From: Aphanothece sp. | GTDB lineage: Bacteria > Cyanobacteriota > Cyanobacteriia > PCC-6307 > Cyanobiaceae | Assembly: GCA_040381155.1 (NCBI GenBank) | Contig: JBEIHT010000002.1 | Span: 194-64,193 of the forward strand | Direction of reading: 5' to 3' | Length of the DNA stretch: 64,000 nt | Translations under genes and position numbers: made by a program | Shown: positions 54,998-64,000 of the stretch, one piece after another | Layout: the number at the start of each line of letters is the position of its first letter | Numbering within the stretch: the first letter of the stretch is position 1 | Notes under the pieces: generated by a model | The model's database searches: none | The model's input: the letters and a program-made list of their open reading frames with translations, nothing else | What the model was told of the DNA's origin: nothing

Positions 54998-56452
54998 CTA
55001 ACGACACACGAGCAGACAGTAGGGACATTCCAGCCACTCGTCCTGCAGGCCGGCGCCGCATCCCCGGCAGGTGAGGGTGCTCAGGGCCCGGGCCCGCCGC
55101 TCCGATTCCAGGCCGGTGTCCGTGAGCAGCATCCGTTCCACCTCGTCCAGCGTTGTCAGACCCTGGCGCACCAGGTCCAACCCGTAGCCCAGCAGGGTTT
55201 TCATGCCGCCCTCCAGGGCCAGCCGGCGCAGCTCCTCGGTGCTGGAGCGCTTGGCGACGGCGGAGGAGAGGGTTTCGTTCATGCGCAGGATCTCGAACAC
55301 CCCCACCCGGCCGGCGTAGCCACGCCCCTGGCACTTGGAACAGCAGTCGTGGTGGCCGTGCTGGCCCGTGGTGGCCCTGAAGAAGGAGATGTCGCTCTCG
55401 TCGCTGGCCGCCAGCCCGAAGCGGGCCAGCTCTTCCGGCTCGGGTCGGTAGGGGGTGCGGCATTGCGGGCAGAGGCGGCGCACCAGGCGCTGGGAGATCA
55501 CCCCCAGCAGCGAGGCGCTCACCAGGAAGGGTTCGATGCCCATCTCGTCCAGCCGGGCGAAGGCGCTGGCGGCGTCGTTGCAGTGCAGGGTGGTGAGCAC
55601 CAGGTGGCCGGTGAGGGCCGCCTCGATCGCCGTGCGGGCCGTCTCCAGGTCGCGGGTCTCCCCCACCAGCAGCACATCGGGATCCTGGCGCATGAAGGCG
55701 CGCAGGGCGGTGGCGAAGTCGAGCCCTTTTTCCCGGTTCACCTGGGTCTGGGTGATCCCCTTGAGCGTGTACTCGATCGGGTCCTCGACGGTCGAGATGT
55801 TGATGCTCGGGTCGTTGCGCTCCGACAGCAGGGCGTAGAGGGTGGTCGACTTGCCGGAGCCGGTGGGCCCGGTCACCAGGATCATGCCGAACGGCTTGGC
55901 CCCCATGTCCCGCAGGGTGGCCCGGGCGATCGGGTCGCTGATCAGGTTGTCGAGGCCCAGCTCGGTGGCGCCGCTGTCCAGCAGTCGCAGCACCACCTTC
56001 TCCCCGTGTCGGCAGGGCAGGGTGCTGACCCGGAAGTCGGTGGTGCGACCGCGGAAGTTGCGGCGGATGCGGCCATCCTGGGGCAGTCGCCGCTCGGCGA
56101 TGTCCAGGTCGGCCATGATCTTCAGACGGGAGGTGATCGCCGGCGTGAGGGTCTTGGGCAGTTTTTCAATGTCACGCAACACCCCGTCCTGACGGAAGCG
56201 GATCAGCAGCCCGTCCTCCTGGGGTTCGACGTGGATGTCGCTGGCGGCGTTGGTGAGGGCTTCGATCAGGATCCGATCCACCAGGCTCATCACCGGCGAA
56301 AGGCCGACGCCCTGGCTGCTGGCCTCCAGGTCCTCGGCGTCCACCTCCGGCTTGCCCGACCCAAGCCCCACCTGGTCGAGCTCGAGATCTCTGAACAGGG
56401 AGGAGCGTTCGCCGCCGCCGGCCGTGCCCGTGTTCGCGGAGTCGGGTGTCAT
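54998..56452 (-). CDS. pilB: Type IV pilus assembly ATPase PilB (short N-terminus, C-terminal Cys4 motif)
   Basis: [29 protein letters not shown] and terminal CRGC...CPYC motifs. Confidence 0.92.
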   Translation of the reverse strand: MTPDSANTGTAGGGERSSLFRDLELDQVGLGSGKPEVDAEDLEASSQGVGLSPVMSLVDRILIEALTNAASDIHVEPQEDGLLIRFRQDGVLRDIEKLPKTLTPAITSRLKIMADLDIAERRLPQDGRIRRNFRGRTTDFRVSTLPCRHGEKVVLRLLDSGATELGLDNLISDPIARATLRDMGAKPFGMILVTGPTGSGKSTTLYALLSERNDPSINISTVEDPIEYTLKGITQTQVNREKGLDFATALRAFMRQDPDVLLVGETRDLETARTAIEAALTGHLVLTTLHCNDAASAFARLDEMGIEPFLVSASLLGVISQRLVRRLCPQCRTPYRPEPEELARFGLAASDESDISFFRATTGQHGHHDCCSKCQGRGYAGRVGVFEILRMNETLSSAVAKRSSTEELRRLALEGGMKTLLGYGLDLVRQGLTTLDEVERMLLTDTGLESERRARALSTLTCRGCGAGLQDEWLECPYCLLVCR

Positions 56453-56590
56453 CTCGGGGGTTCGGCGTGGGCCCGGGGCTTGTGGGTGGGAGAACTTCGG
56501 CGGGAGGCGGGGAGGTGCGGGCTTCCGCTCCTTGTAAGAGGGCGGTGCACAGCATCAACATATCGAGGATTGAACTGCGCGAAGGGCAGC

Positions 56591-57253
56591 ATGAGCGGCG
56601 AAAGCAGCACGGTCCCCGAGGCCCCCACCGATCCCCAGCCAGCGGCGGACCCCATGCCCCCGGCCCCCGAGCACGACCCCAGCGAGGGCAGCGCCCCGGC
56701 CGGCGAAGCCCCCGCCGACGGGGAGCGGCTGCGCCAGCTGGAGGCGGAGCTCGCCGCCCTCCAGGCCGAGCATGAGAGCCTGAAGGGGCAGTACATGCGC
56801 ATCGCCGCGGACTTCGACAACTTCCGGAAGCGCCAGAGCCGCGACCAGGAGGACCAGAAGCTCCAGATCACCTGCTCCACCGTGGCCGAGATCCTGCCGG
56901 TGGTGGACAACTTCGAGCGGGCCCGCCAGCAGCTCAATCCCCAGCACGAGGAGGCCCAGGCCCTGCATGGCAGCTACCTGGCCCTCTATCGCCAGCTCGT
57001 CGATGTCCTCAAGCAGCTGGGGGTCGCCTCGATGCGGGTGGAGGGGGAGCCCTTCGATCCCAACCTGCATGAGGCGGTGCTGCGGGAGCCCAGCGAGGAC
57101 CACCCCGAGGATGTGGTCATCGGCGAACTGCAGCGTGGCTACCACATCAACGGCCGTGTGCTGCGCCACGCGCTGGTGAAGGTGTCGATGGGTCCTGGTC
57201 CCGGCGGCTTCCAGGCCGCTGAGGAAGAAGCCGGCGGGGAGCAGAACGGCTGA
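56591..57253 (+). CDS. grpE: Nucleotide exchange factor GrpE
   Basis: [27 protein letters not shown] and [13 protein letters not shown] motifs. Confidence 0.96.
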   Translation: MSGESSTVPEAPTDPQPAADPMPPAPEHDPSEGSAPAGEAPADGERLRQLEAELAALQAEHESLKGQYMRIAADFDNFRKRQSRDQEDQKLQITCSTVAEILPVVDNFERARQQLNPQHEEAQALHGSYLALYRQLVDVLKQLGVASMRVEGEPFDPNLHEAVLREPSEDHPEDVVIGELQRGYHINGRVLRHALVKVSMGPGPGGFQAAEEEAGGEQNG

Positions 57254-58371
57254 TGGCCGACTACTACGAGCTCCTGGGGGTCGCCCGCGACGCCGACGCC
57301 GACGCCCTCAAGCGGGCCTATCGGCGCCTGGCGCGCCAGTACCACCCGGATGTGAACAAGGATCCGGGCGCCGAAGACCGCTTCAAGGAGATCGGCCGCG
57401 CCTACGAGGTGCTCAGCGATCCCCAGACCCGCTCCCGCTACGACCAGTTTGGTGAGGCCGGCCTCGGCGGCGCGGCCGGCATGCCCGACATGGGGGATGT
57501 GGGTGGCTTCGCCGACCTCTTCGAAACCTTCTTCAGCGGCTTCGGCGGCGCGGGGCCGGCGGGGGCGCGGCGGCGGGGCGGTCCCCGCCAGGGGGATGAC
57601 CTGCGCCTCGACCTCTCGATCGAGTTCCGTGAGGCGGTGTTCGGCATCGAGAAGGAGGTGCAGATCCGCCACCTCCAGACCTGCGGCACCTGCAACGGCT
57701 CCGGCACCAAAGCGGGTAGTGGCCCCACCAGCTGCGGCACCTGCGGCGGCGCCGGCCAGGTGCGCCGCGCCACCCGCACCCCCTTCGGCAGCTTCACCCA
57801 GGTGGCCCCCTGCCCCAGCTGCGAGGGCAGCGGCCAGGTGATCGCCGATCCCTGCACCGCCTGCTCCGGCCAGGGCCTGCAGCAGGTGTCCAAGACCCTG
57901 CGCATCAACATCCCCGCCGGCGTCGACACCGGCACCCGGCTGCGCATCGCCGGGGAGGGGAACGCCGGCCAGCGGGGCGGCCCGCCGGGCGACCTGTACG
58001 TGTTCCTCGCCGTGCGCCCCCACCCCAACCTGCGGCGCGAGGGGCAGACCATCCTCTCGGAGGTGAGCCTCAACTACCTGCAGGCGATCCTCGGCGACAC
58101 GATCGAAGTGGAGACCGTGGACGGACCGGAATCCCTGGCGATCCCGGCCGGCACCCAGCCCGGCGCCGTGCTCACCCTGCGCAACAAGGGGGTGCCGCGC
58201 CTGGGCAACCCCGTGGCCCGCGGCAACCAGCAGGTGAACGTGGTGGTGCACCTGCCCACCAAGCTGAACGGTGAGGAGCGCGAACTGCTGGAGCAGCTCG
58301 CCGGCCACCACACCCGCAAAGGCAAGGCCCATCCCCACAAGAGCGGCCTGTTCGGCGGCCTGTTCGGCTGA
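57253..58371 (+). CDS. dnaJ: Molecular chaperone DnaJ
   Basis: J domain with HPD, G/F region and four CxxCxGxG repeats. Confidence 0.97.
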   Translation: MADYYELLGVARDADADALKRAYRRLARQYHPDVNKDPGAEDRFKEIGRAYEVLSDPQTRSRYDQFGEAGLGGAAGMPDMGDVGGFADLFETFFSGFGGAGPAGARRRGGPRQGDDLRLDLSIEFREAVFGIEKEVQIRHLQTCGTCNGSGTKAGSGPTSCGTCGGAGQVRRATRTPFGSFTQVAPCPSCEGSGQVIADPCTACSGQGLQQVSKTLRINIPAGVDTGTRLRIAGEGNAGQRGGPPGDLYVFLAVRPHPNLRREGQTILSEVSLNYLQAILGDTIEVETVDGPESLAIPAGTQPGAVLTLRNKGVPRLGNPVARGNQQVNVVVHLPTKLNGEERELLEQLAGHHTRKGKAHPHKSGLFGGLFG

Positions 58372-58376
58372 GGGCG

Positions 58377-58640
58377 GTGAGCGATCGCCTGATGCCCAGC
58401 CCCGAGTCCGATCCCATTCCCGCCGCCTGCCTCGACCTGCGCGGCACCCCCTGTCCGCTCAACTTCATCCGCACCCGCCTGGCTCTCGAAAAGATCGCCC
58501 GCGGCTCGGTGCTGCAGGTGGACCTCGACCAGGGTGAGCCCGAGGCGATGGTGGGGGAGGGGGTGCGCAGCGACGGCCACAGCGTCGAGCGCGTACCGCT
58601 GGAGGAGGGCGGCGTGCGGCTGCGCATCCGCCGTGGCTGA
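58377..58640 (+). CDS. TusA/SirA family sulfur-carrier protein
   Basis: LDLRGTPCPLNF motif. Confidence 0.85.
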   Translation: MSDRLMPSPESDPIPAACLDLRGTPCPLNFIRTRLALEKIARGSVLQVDLDQGEPEAMVGEGVRSDGHSVERVPLEEGGVRLRIRRG

Positions 58641-59646
58641 AGGGCGCTCCGGCCGCGTCCTGGCGCTGCAGGCCAACTTCTGCCTGGTGGGGCTGGACGG
58701 TGAGGGGCCCGAGGGAAGCCGCCGCCTGCTCTGCACCCGCCGCACCCGCCTGGGCAAGAGCGGTCAGCAGGTGTGCGTCGGCGACCGGGTGCTGGTGGAG
58801 GGCATCGACTGGCCGGCCGGCCGGGGCGCGGTGACGGCCGTCGAACCCCGCACCAACCTGCTGCCGCGGCCGGCCGTGGCCAATGTCAGCCGGGTGCTGG
58901 TGGTGGTTTCCCTGCGTCAGCCCGCCCTCGATCCCCTGCAGCTCACCCGCTTCCTGCTCACCGCTGAGGCCGCCGGCCCGGCGGTGGAGCTGGTGCTGGG
59001 CAAGACCGACCTCGCCCCCGCCGAGGAGGTGGAGGCGTGGTGCGCGCGCCTGCGGGGCTGGGGCTACCCGGTCCATCCGGTTTCGGTGCGGCGGGGCGAT
59101 GGCCTGGAGGCGCTGCGGGCGGCGTTGGCCAGCCCCGGGCTGGTGGTGTTGAGCGGGCCCTCCGGGGTGGGCAAGAGCAGCCTGCTCAATGCCCTGCGCC
59201 CGGATCTCACCCTGCGCACCGGAGCGGTGTCCGGACGCCTGCAGCGCGGTCGCCACACCACCCGCCACGTGGAGCTGTTTCCCCTGGGTGCGGCCCTGGT
59301 GGCCGATTCCCCCGGCTTCAACCGTCCGGAGCTGCCCCAGGATCCCGCCGTCCTGGCCGGCCTGTTCCCGGAACTGCGCGAGCGGCTGGCCCAGGCGCCC
59401 TGCCAGTTCCGCAACTGCCGGCATCAGGGCGACCCGGGCTGTGCCATGGCCGCCGGCTGGGATCGCCAGGAGCTTTACGCCCAGTGCCTGGCGGACCTGG
59501 AGGCCCGCCCGCCCGAGCGCCAACGGGGGGCGCGGCTGGAAGCCGGGCTCGACCCCCAGCTGCGCCGCGGTTCGCGCCGCACCGGCCGCCAGCGGCTGGC
59601 GGAGGAGGCGCAGGGGGACCTCAGCCCCCCATCCCCGGCAGGTTGA
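58633..59646 (+). CDS. rsgA: Ribosome small subunit-dependent GTPase A
   Basis: [25 protein letters not shown] and [14 protein letters not shown] motifs. Confidence 0.94.
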   Translation: MAEGRSGRVLALQANFCLVGLDGEGPEGSRRLLCTRRTRLGKSGQQVCVGDRVLVEGIDWPAGRGAVTAVEPRTNLLPRPAVANVSRVLVVVSLRQPALDPLQLTRFLLTAEAAGPAVELVLGKTDLAPAEEVEAWCARLRGWGYPVHPVSVRRGDGLEALRAALASPGLVVLSGPSGVGKSSLLNALRPDLTLRTGAVSGRLQRGRHTTRHVELFPLGAALVADSPGFNRPELPQDPAVLAGLFPELRERLAQAPCQFRNCRHQGDPGCAMAAGWDRQELYAQCLADLEARPPERQRGARLEAGLDPQLRRGSRRTGRQRLAEEAQGDLSPPSPAG

Positions 59647-59962
59647 GATCCAGGCCGCCGGTGAGGGTCTCCATCCGCTCGCGCATGGTGGTGGTGGAGA
59701 TCTCGTAAGCGTTCGCCAGGGCCTCCATCACGGAGGATTCGGCGGTTTCGGCGCCCTGGCCCAGCAGGTCCGGGTCGATGCGCACCCGCAGGGGCTGCTG
59801 GTTGCCCGTGATCCAGACGCTCACCAGGCCGTTGCCGCTCTTGCCCTCCAGCTCCATGGCGTCGAGCTCCTCCTGGAGCTTCTGGGCGTCCTGCTGGATC
59901 TGCTGGGCCTTGCGGAAGGCGCCGGCGATGTCGCCGAAATTGGGAAGACCGAAGCCAGCCAT
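59621..59962 (-). CDS. YbaB/EbfC nucleoid-associated protein
   Basis: [27 protein letters not shown] and LTGGL motifs. Confidence 0.92.
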   Translation of the reverse strand: MAGFGLPNFGDIAGAFRKAQQIQQDAQKLQEELDAMELEGKSGNGLVSVWITGNQQPLRVRIDPDLLGQGAETAESSVMEALANAYEISTTTMRERMETLTGGLDLNLPGMGG

Positions 59963-59993
59963 GCCGAGCCGAGGGGTACTGGCAGCGAACGTA

Positions 59994-60902
59994 TCAGGGG
60001 AACTCCGCGAAGCCCAGGCGTTTCACCTCCGGATGCAGGACCACCCCCCGCTCCTGTCGCACCCGGTCCTGCACCAGCTGGATCAGGGCGTCGATGTCGG
60101 CCGCGCTGGCGCCGCCGGTGTTGACGATGAAGTTGGCATGCATCGGCGATACCTGCGCCCCGCCCACGCTCAGCCCCTTGAGCCCCAGCGCCTCGATCAG
60201 CCGCCCCGCCTTCTCCGGTTCCGGATTGCGGAACACGCTGCCGCAGCTGGGTTGTTGGTAGGGCTGGCTGTTGGTGCGACTGTGCAGGTTGGCGCTGGTG
60301 CGGGCGCTGACCGCCGCGGGGTCCTGGCCCGGCTCCAGCTGCAGGCGGGCGGCGAGCACCAGCAGCGGTTCCCGCTGCAGGCGGCTGTGGCGGTAGGCGA
60401 AGTCGAGGGCTTCCAGCGCCAGCGGGAAGGGTTCCTCCGGACGGGCCGGATCGATCACCTCGGCCACCACGAAGCGCTCGGCCAGGCAGCCCACCTGGGC
60501 GCCGGCGTTCATCACCACCGCCCCGCCCACGGTTCCGGGGATGCCCACCGCCCACTCCAGTCCCGCCAGCCCCAGCCGGGCTGCCTTGCGGGCCAGGGTG
60601 GGGATCGGTTCGCCCGCCTCCGCCCACACCAGGCCGGAGCTGGCATCGAGCCGGCTGCCCTGCAGGCGGCGGTTGCAGAGGGTGAGACCCGGCAGGCCGG
60701 CGTCGGCGATCAGCAGGTTGGAGCCCGCGCCGATGCAGCGGTAGGGCATCCCCTCGGCCACCGCCCAGGCGGCCAGGGCGATCAGTTCCTCGCGGCTGCC
60801 GGGCTCGGCGAACCATTCGGCCGGGCCGCCCACCTTCCAGGTGGTGAAGTCCCCGAGGGGCACGGAGCGGCGCAGGCCGGCGGGAGGGGCCGCGGCGGCC
60901 AT
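59994..60902 (-). CDS. murB: UDP-N-acetylenolpyruvoylglucosamine reductase
   Basis: [41 protein letters not shown] and HANFIVN motifs. Confidence 0.95.
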   Translation of the reverse strand: MAAAAPPAGLRRSVPLGDFTTWKVGGPAEWFAEPGSREELIALAAWAVAEGMPYRCIGAGSNLLIADAGLPGLTLCNRRLQGSRLDASSGLVWAEAGEPIPTLARKAARLGLAGLEWAVGIPGTVGGAVVMNAGAQVGCLAERFVVAEVIDPARPEEPFPLALEALDFAYRHSRLQREPLLVLAARLQLEPGQDPAAVSARTSANLHSRTNSQPYQQPSCGSVFRNPEPEKAGRLIEALGLKGLSVGGAQVSPMHANFIVNTGGASAADIDALIQLVQDRVRQERGVVLHPEVKRLGFAEFP

Positions 60903-60903
60903 C

Positions 60904-62343
60904 TCAGGCGGCCTGCGCCGGCGGTGTGTCTCCGAGACGTGCCAGTCGGTCCCAGAGGCTGTTGACATCGCCGGCTCCCATCGCCAGCACAAGATCCCCC
61001 GTCTGGCTCGCTTCGGCCAGCTGCTCTACCAACTCCTCCAGGCTCTCCGCCGCCTGAACGCTCAGACCGGGGGCGTGGCGGCGCACCGCTGCGGCCAGGG
61101 CGGCGCTGGAGACGCCCGCGATCGGGGCTTCCCCGGCGGCGTAGAGGGGCGCCACCAGCACGGCGTCGGCCCGGCTCAGGGCGGCGGCGAATTCCTCCAG
61201 AAACTGGGCGGTGCGGCTGTAGCGATGGGGCTGGAACACCGCCAGCAGGCGCCTTGGGGCCATCGGCAGGGGGCTGCGGCCGCTCTCCACCATCAGCCGG
61301 GCCGTGGCCAGGGTGGCGGCCACCTCGCTGGGGTGGTGGGCGTAGTCGTCGACGATCACCCGCTCGCGCCAGATGCCGCGGCAGTCGACGCGACGGCCGG
61401 GGGGCTGCAGCCCAGAGACCGCGTCCCGCAGGTCGGCGAAGGGCACCCCCTCCAGGCGGCAAGCGGCGATGGCGGCGGTGGCGTTGCTGAGGTTGTGGCG
61501 GCCCGGCAGGGGCAGCTCGAGGGTGCCGACCCGCTCTCCGTCCTCGTAGAACTCCGCCAGGGTGCCGTCACCGCGCTCCTCCAGGGCCAGGGCGGCGAAG
61601 TTCACCCCCTCGGCCGTCTCGATCGACCACCAGCTGTCGGCCTGGAAATGTTCGTGCAGGATCGGGCAGTCGCGGTTCGCCAGCAGCCGCTCGCTGCCGG
61701 CGGCGAAGCGTTGCAGGGTCTCGATCAGGGCCTGCAGGTCGGGGTAGTGATCGGTGTGATCGAGTTCGATGTTGGTGAGCACGCCGAGGCGGGCGGCGAA
61801 TTTCACCAGGGAGCCGTCGGATTCGTCCGCCTCCGCCACCAGCAGCCGCCCCTCCCCCTGGCGGCCGTTGCTGCCGAAGGCGGGCACCACGCCGCCGATC
61901 ACCGCGGTGGGGTCCTGGCGGGTGGCCTGCAGCAGGGTGGCCACGAGGGTGCTGGTGGTGGTCTTGCCGTGGCTGCCGGCCACGGCGATCGAGGGTTGGC
62001 CGTTGATCAGCGCCGCCAGGATGTCGGAGCGGTGCACCACGGCGAGGCCGCGGCGGCGAGCCTCCGCCAGCTCGGCGTTGCTCTCCGGCACGGCCGAGCT
62101 GACCACCACCAGGGCCGGGGCGTCGCCTGTGGCCTCGCAGAGGGCCGCGATGGTGGCGGCCTCCTGGCGGGGGAACACCTTCACCCCCTGACGCCGCAGC
62201 CCTTCCACCACGGCGGTGCTGCGCGGGTCGGAGCCGCTCACCACAAAACCGCGCGCCGCCAGGATGCCGGCCAGGGCGGACATGCCGATGCCGCCGACGC
62301 CGATGAAGTGGAGGGGTTGCTGGCGATCGAGCGTCAGGGTCAA
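60904..62343 (-). CDS. murC: UDP-N-acetylmuramate--L-alanine ligase
   Basis: [32 protein letters not shown] and FQPHRYSR motifs; TTG start. Confidence 0.96.
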   Translation of the reverse strand: MTLTLDRQQPLHFIGVGGIGMSALAGILAARGFVVSGSDPRSTAVVEGLRRQGVKVFPRQEAATIAALCEATGDAPALVVVSSAVPESNAELAEARRRGLAVVHRSDILAALINGQPSIAVAGSHGKTTTSTLVATLLQATRQDPTAVIGGVVPAFGSNGRQGEGRLLVAEADESDGSLVKFAARLGVLTNIELDHTDHYPDLQALIETLQRFAAGSERLLANRDCPILHEHFQADSWWSIETAEGVNFAALALEERGDGTLAEFYEDGERVGTLELPLPGRHNLSNATAAIAACRLEGVPFADLRDAVSGLQPPGRRVDCRGIWRERVIVDDYAHHPSEVAATLATARLMVESGRSPLPMAPRRLLAVFQPHRYSRTAQFLEEFAAALSRADAVLVAPLYAAGEAPIAGVSSAALAAAVRRHAPGLSVQAAESLEELVEQLAEASQTGDLVLAMGAGDVNSLWDRLARLGDTPPAQAA

Positions 62344-62520
62344 GGGCGCCTCCGGAACGTGCTGAAGATAGGTCCGCAGGCGCCCCGACTTGCTTTACGA
62401 GTTGCGTCGAAGTGGCGTCGAAGCGTCCGCCGCGTCGTTTGCGGCCGGCCCGGCCCGGTCGCCGCGATCGGCCCCCAGCCGGGGAAGTGGGCGCCGCTGT
62501 CACCAAAAAGGCCGCCGCGA

Positions 62521-62540
62521 TCATTTCTGTATGATCGGCA
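62521..62540 (+). promoter_or_regulatory. Candidate -10 element (TATGAT) for gap2
   Basis: AT-rich TCATTTCTGTATGAT about 50 bp upstream of the gap start, in otherwise GC-rich DNA. Confidence 0.4.
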
Positions 62541-62581
62541 GCCGAAAAGACCCTTGCTAGCGGGTTCCGCCGCTTGACGCC

Positions 62582-63604
62582 ATGACCCTCCGCGTTGCGA
62601 TCAACGGATTCGGCCGCATCGGTCGCAACTTCATGCGCTGCTGGCTCAGCCGCGGCGCCAACACCGGCATCGAGGTGGTGGGCATCAACGGCTCGGGCGA
62701 CACCAACACCAATGCCCACCTGCTCAAGTACGACTCGATGCTCGGCCCGCTGCGCAACGCGGAGGTGAGCATCACCGAGGACACGATCGTCATCAACGGC
62801 AAGACGATCAAGACCTTCTACGACCGCAACCCCGCCAACCTGCCCTGGAAGGAGTGGGGCGTGGATCTGGTGATCGAGTCCACCGGCGTGTTCAACGACG
62901 ACGTGGGCGCCAGCAAGCACTTCGAGGCCGGCGCCAAGAAGGTGATCCTCACCGCCCCCGGCAAGGGCGCCAAGGTGGGCACCTTCGTGGTGGGAGTGAA
63001 CGCGGATCAGTACCGCCACGAGGACTGGGACATCCTCAGCAACGCCAGTTGCACCACCAACTGCATGGCCCCTGTCATTAAGGTTTTGGATCAGGAGTTC
63101 GGCATCGTCAAGGGCACGATGACCACCACCCACAGCTATACGGGGGATCAGCGCATTCTCGACGCCGCCCATCGCGATCTGCGCCGTGCCCGGGCCGCGG
63201 CTGTCAATATTGTGCCCACCAGCACCGGGGCCGCCCAAGCGGTGGCACTGGTTTACCCGCCGATGAAGGGCAAGCTTAGCGGCATCGCCATGCGCGTCCC
63301 GACCCCGAACGTGTCGGTGGTTGACATGGTTCTCGATGTCAGCCGCGATACCACCAAGGAGGAGGTCAACGCGGTGCTCAAGGCCTCAGCTGAAAATGGT
63401 ATGAAGGGCATCATCAAGTATTGCGATCTGCCCCTGGTGTCGAGCGACCACGCCGGCACCGACGAATCCACGATCATCGACGCTCCCCTGACCCTCGTGA
63501 TGGGCGGCAACATGGTGAAGGTCATCGCCTGGTACGACAACGAGTGGGGCTACAGCCAGCGCGTGGTGGATCTCGCCGAGATCGTGGCCAAAAACTGGCA
63601 GTGA
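62582..63604 (+). CDS. gap2: Type I glyceraldehyde-3-phosphate dehydrogenase (cyanobacterial Gap2, NAD(P))
   Basis: [37 protein letters not shown] and WYDNEWGYS motifs. Confidence 0.95.
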   Translation: MTLRVAINGFGRIGRNFMRCWLSRGANTGIEVVGINGSGDTNTNAHLLKYDSMLGPLRNAEVSITEDTIVINGKTIKTFYDRNPANLPWKEWGVDLVIESTGVFNDDVGASKHFEAGAKKVILTAPGKGAKVGTFVVGVNADQYRHEDWDILSNASCTTNCMAPVIKVLDQEFGIVKGTMTTTHSYTGDQRILDAAHRDLRRARAAAVNIVPTSTGAAQAVALVYPPMKGKLSGIAMRVPTPNVSVVDMVLDVSRDTTKEEVNAVLKASAENGMKGIIKYCDLPLVSSDHAGTDESTIIDAPLTLVMGGNMVKVIAWYDNEWGYSQRVVDLAEIVAKNWQ

Positions 63605-63629
63605 GCTGAGGCTCCTATCCTTTGGTGTT

Positions 63630-63656
63630 GGGCTGTCCCTCGGGACAGCCCTTTTT
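63630..63656 (+). terminator. Rho-independent terminator after gap2
   Basis: GGGCTGTCCC-tc-GGGACAGCCC inverted repeat followed by TTTTT. Confidence 0.85.
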
Positions 63657-63696
63657 GCTGGCATCGGCTGGGTTCGCCCGCTCGACCGGGGTGAAC

Positions 63697-64000
63697 TCAG
63701 CCAGCGGCGAAGCGGCGACCGCGCCGCTGCTGGCTCAGGCGGCGCAGCCTGCGGGCCTGGCCCAGGGCAGCTCCAACGCCGAGGATCGGCAGGGGGCCGG
63801 GAACAGGCGTCACACCGGTGGTGATGGCAAACCTGACAGCCTGAGTGTTGGAATTGGTGTACTTGAAATTGATCGTGGAATAGCTGCCGAGGAACCGGGC
63901 CACAAAACCAGAGTTACGATCGGAATCGGGCCCGCTACCTGCCAGGGTAAGTCCGGTCTGGGTCACGCCATTCTGCTGAAGAACAGCAAATGGTTCCGCA
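63697..64000 (-). CDS. C-terminal part of a PEP-CTERM-like (VPGPLP) exosortase-sorted surface protein; continues beyond the window
   Basis: TPVPGPLPILGVGAALG followed by an Arg-rich tail; the frame stays open to the window edge (AEPFAVLQQNGVTQ...). Confidence 0.75.
   Translation of the reverse strand, partial: AEPFAVLQQNGVTQTGLTLAGSGPDSDRNSGFVARFLGSYSTINFKYTNSNTQAVRFAITTGVTPVPGPLPILGVGAALGQARRLRRLSQQRRGRRFAAG

Noticed and set aside
54935-56590. Apparent 772-aa ORF with GrpE at its C-terminus
   Set aside because: The upstream part is the antisense shadow of pilB; grpE starts at ATG 56591.

Overview
High-GC cyanobacterial chromosome segment, most likely from a Cyanobium/Synechococcus-type picocyanobacterium (inferred from gene order and protein sequences). 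It spans the replication-origin region. The core backbone is dnaK-aroE-tic20-rpsF-argG-mraY ... purT ... uvrA-recN-ABC1 kinase-thrC-[putative oriC]-dnaN-purL-purF ... gyrA/parC-queG-hpsJ-nusB-ftsY-PP2C-argH-rbp-dusA-pilC/pilT/pilB-grpE-dnaJ-rsgA-ybaB-murB-murC-gap2. Accessory islets interrupt it: (1) a low-GC glycosyltransferase triplet at 8.7-11.9 kb; (2) an LCP / GT2 / pyruvyltransferase / methyltransferase block at 13.3-19.2 kb; (3) a glutaminase with animal GLS-like architecture fused to a TerB-like domain directly upstream of recN-uvrA; (4) a methyltransferase / GT4 / secreted phytochelatin-synthase trio; and (5) a PEP-CTERM-like protein at the right edge. purT carries a single-base frameshift in a C run, and pilC carries an A9 tract. 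I saw no rRNA, tRNA, CRISPR array or transposase. All calls are by motif recognition only; no searches were run.
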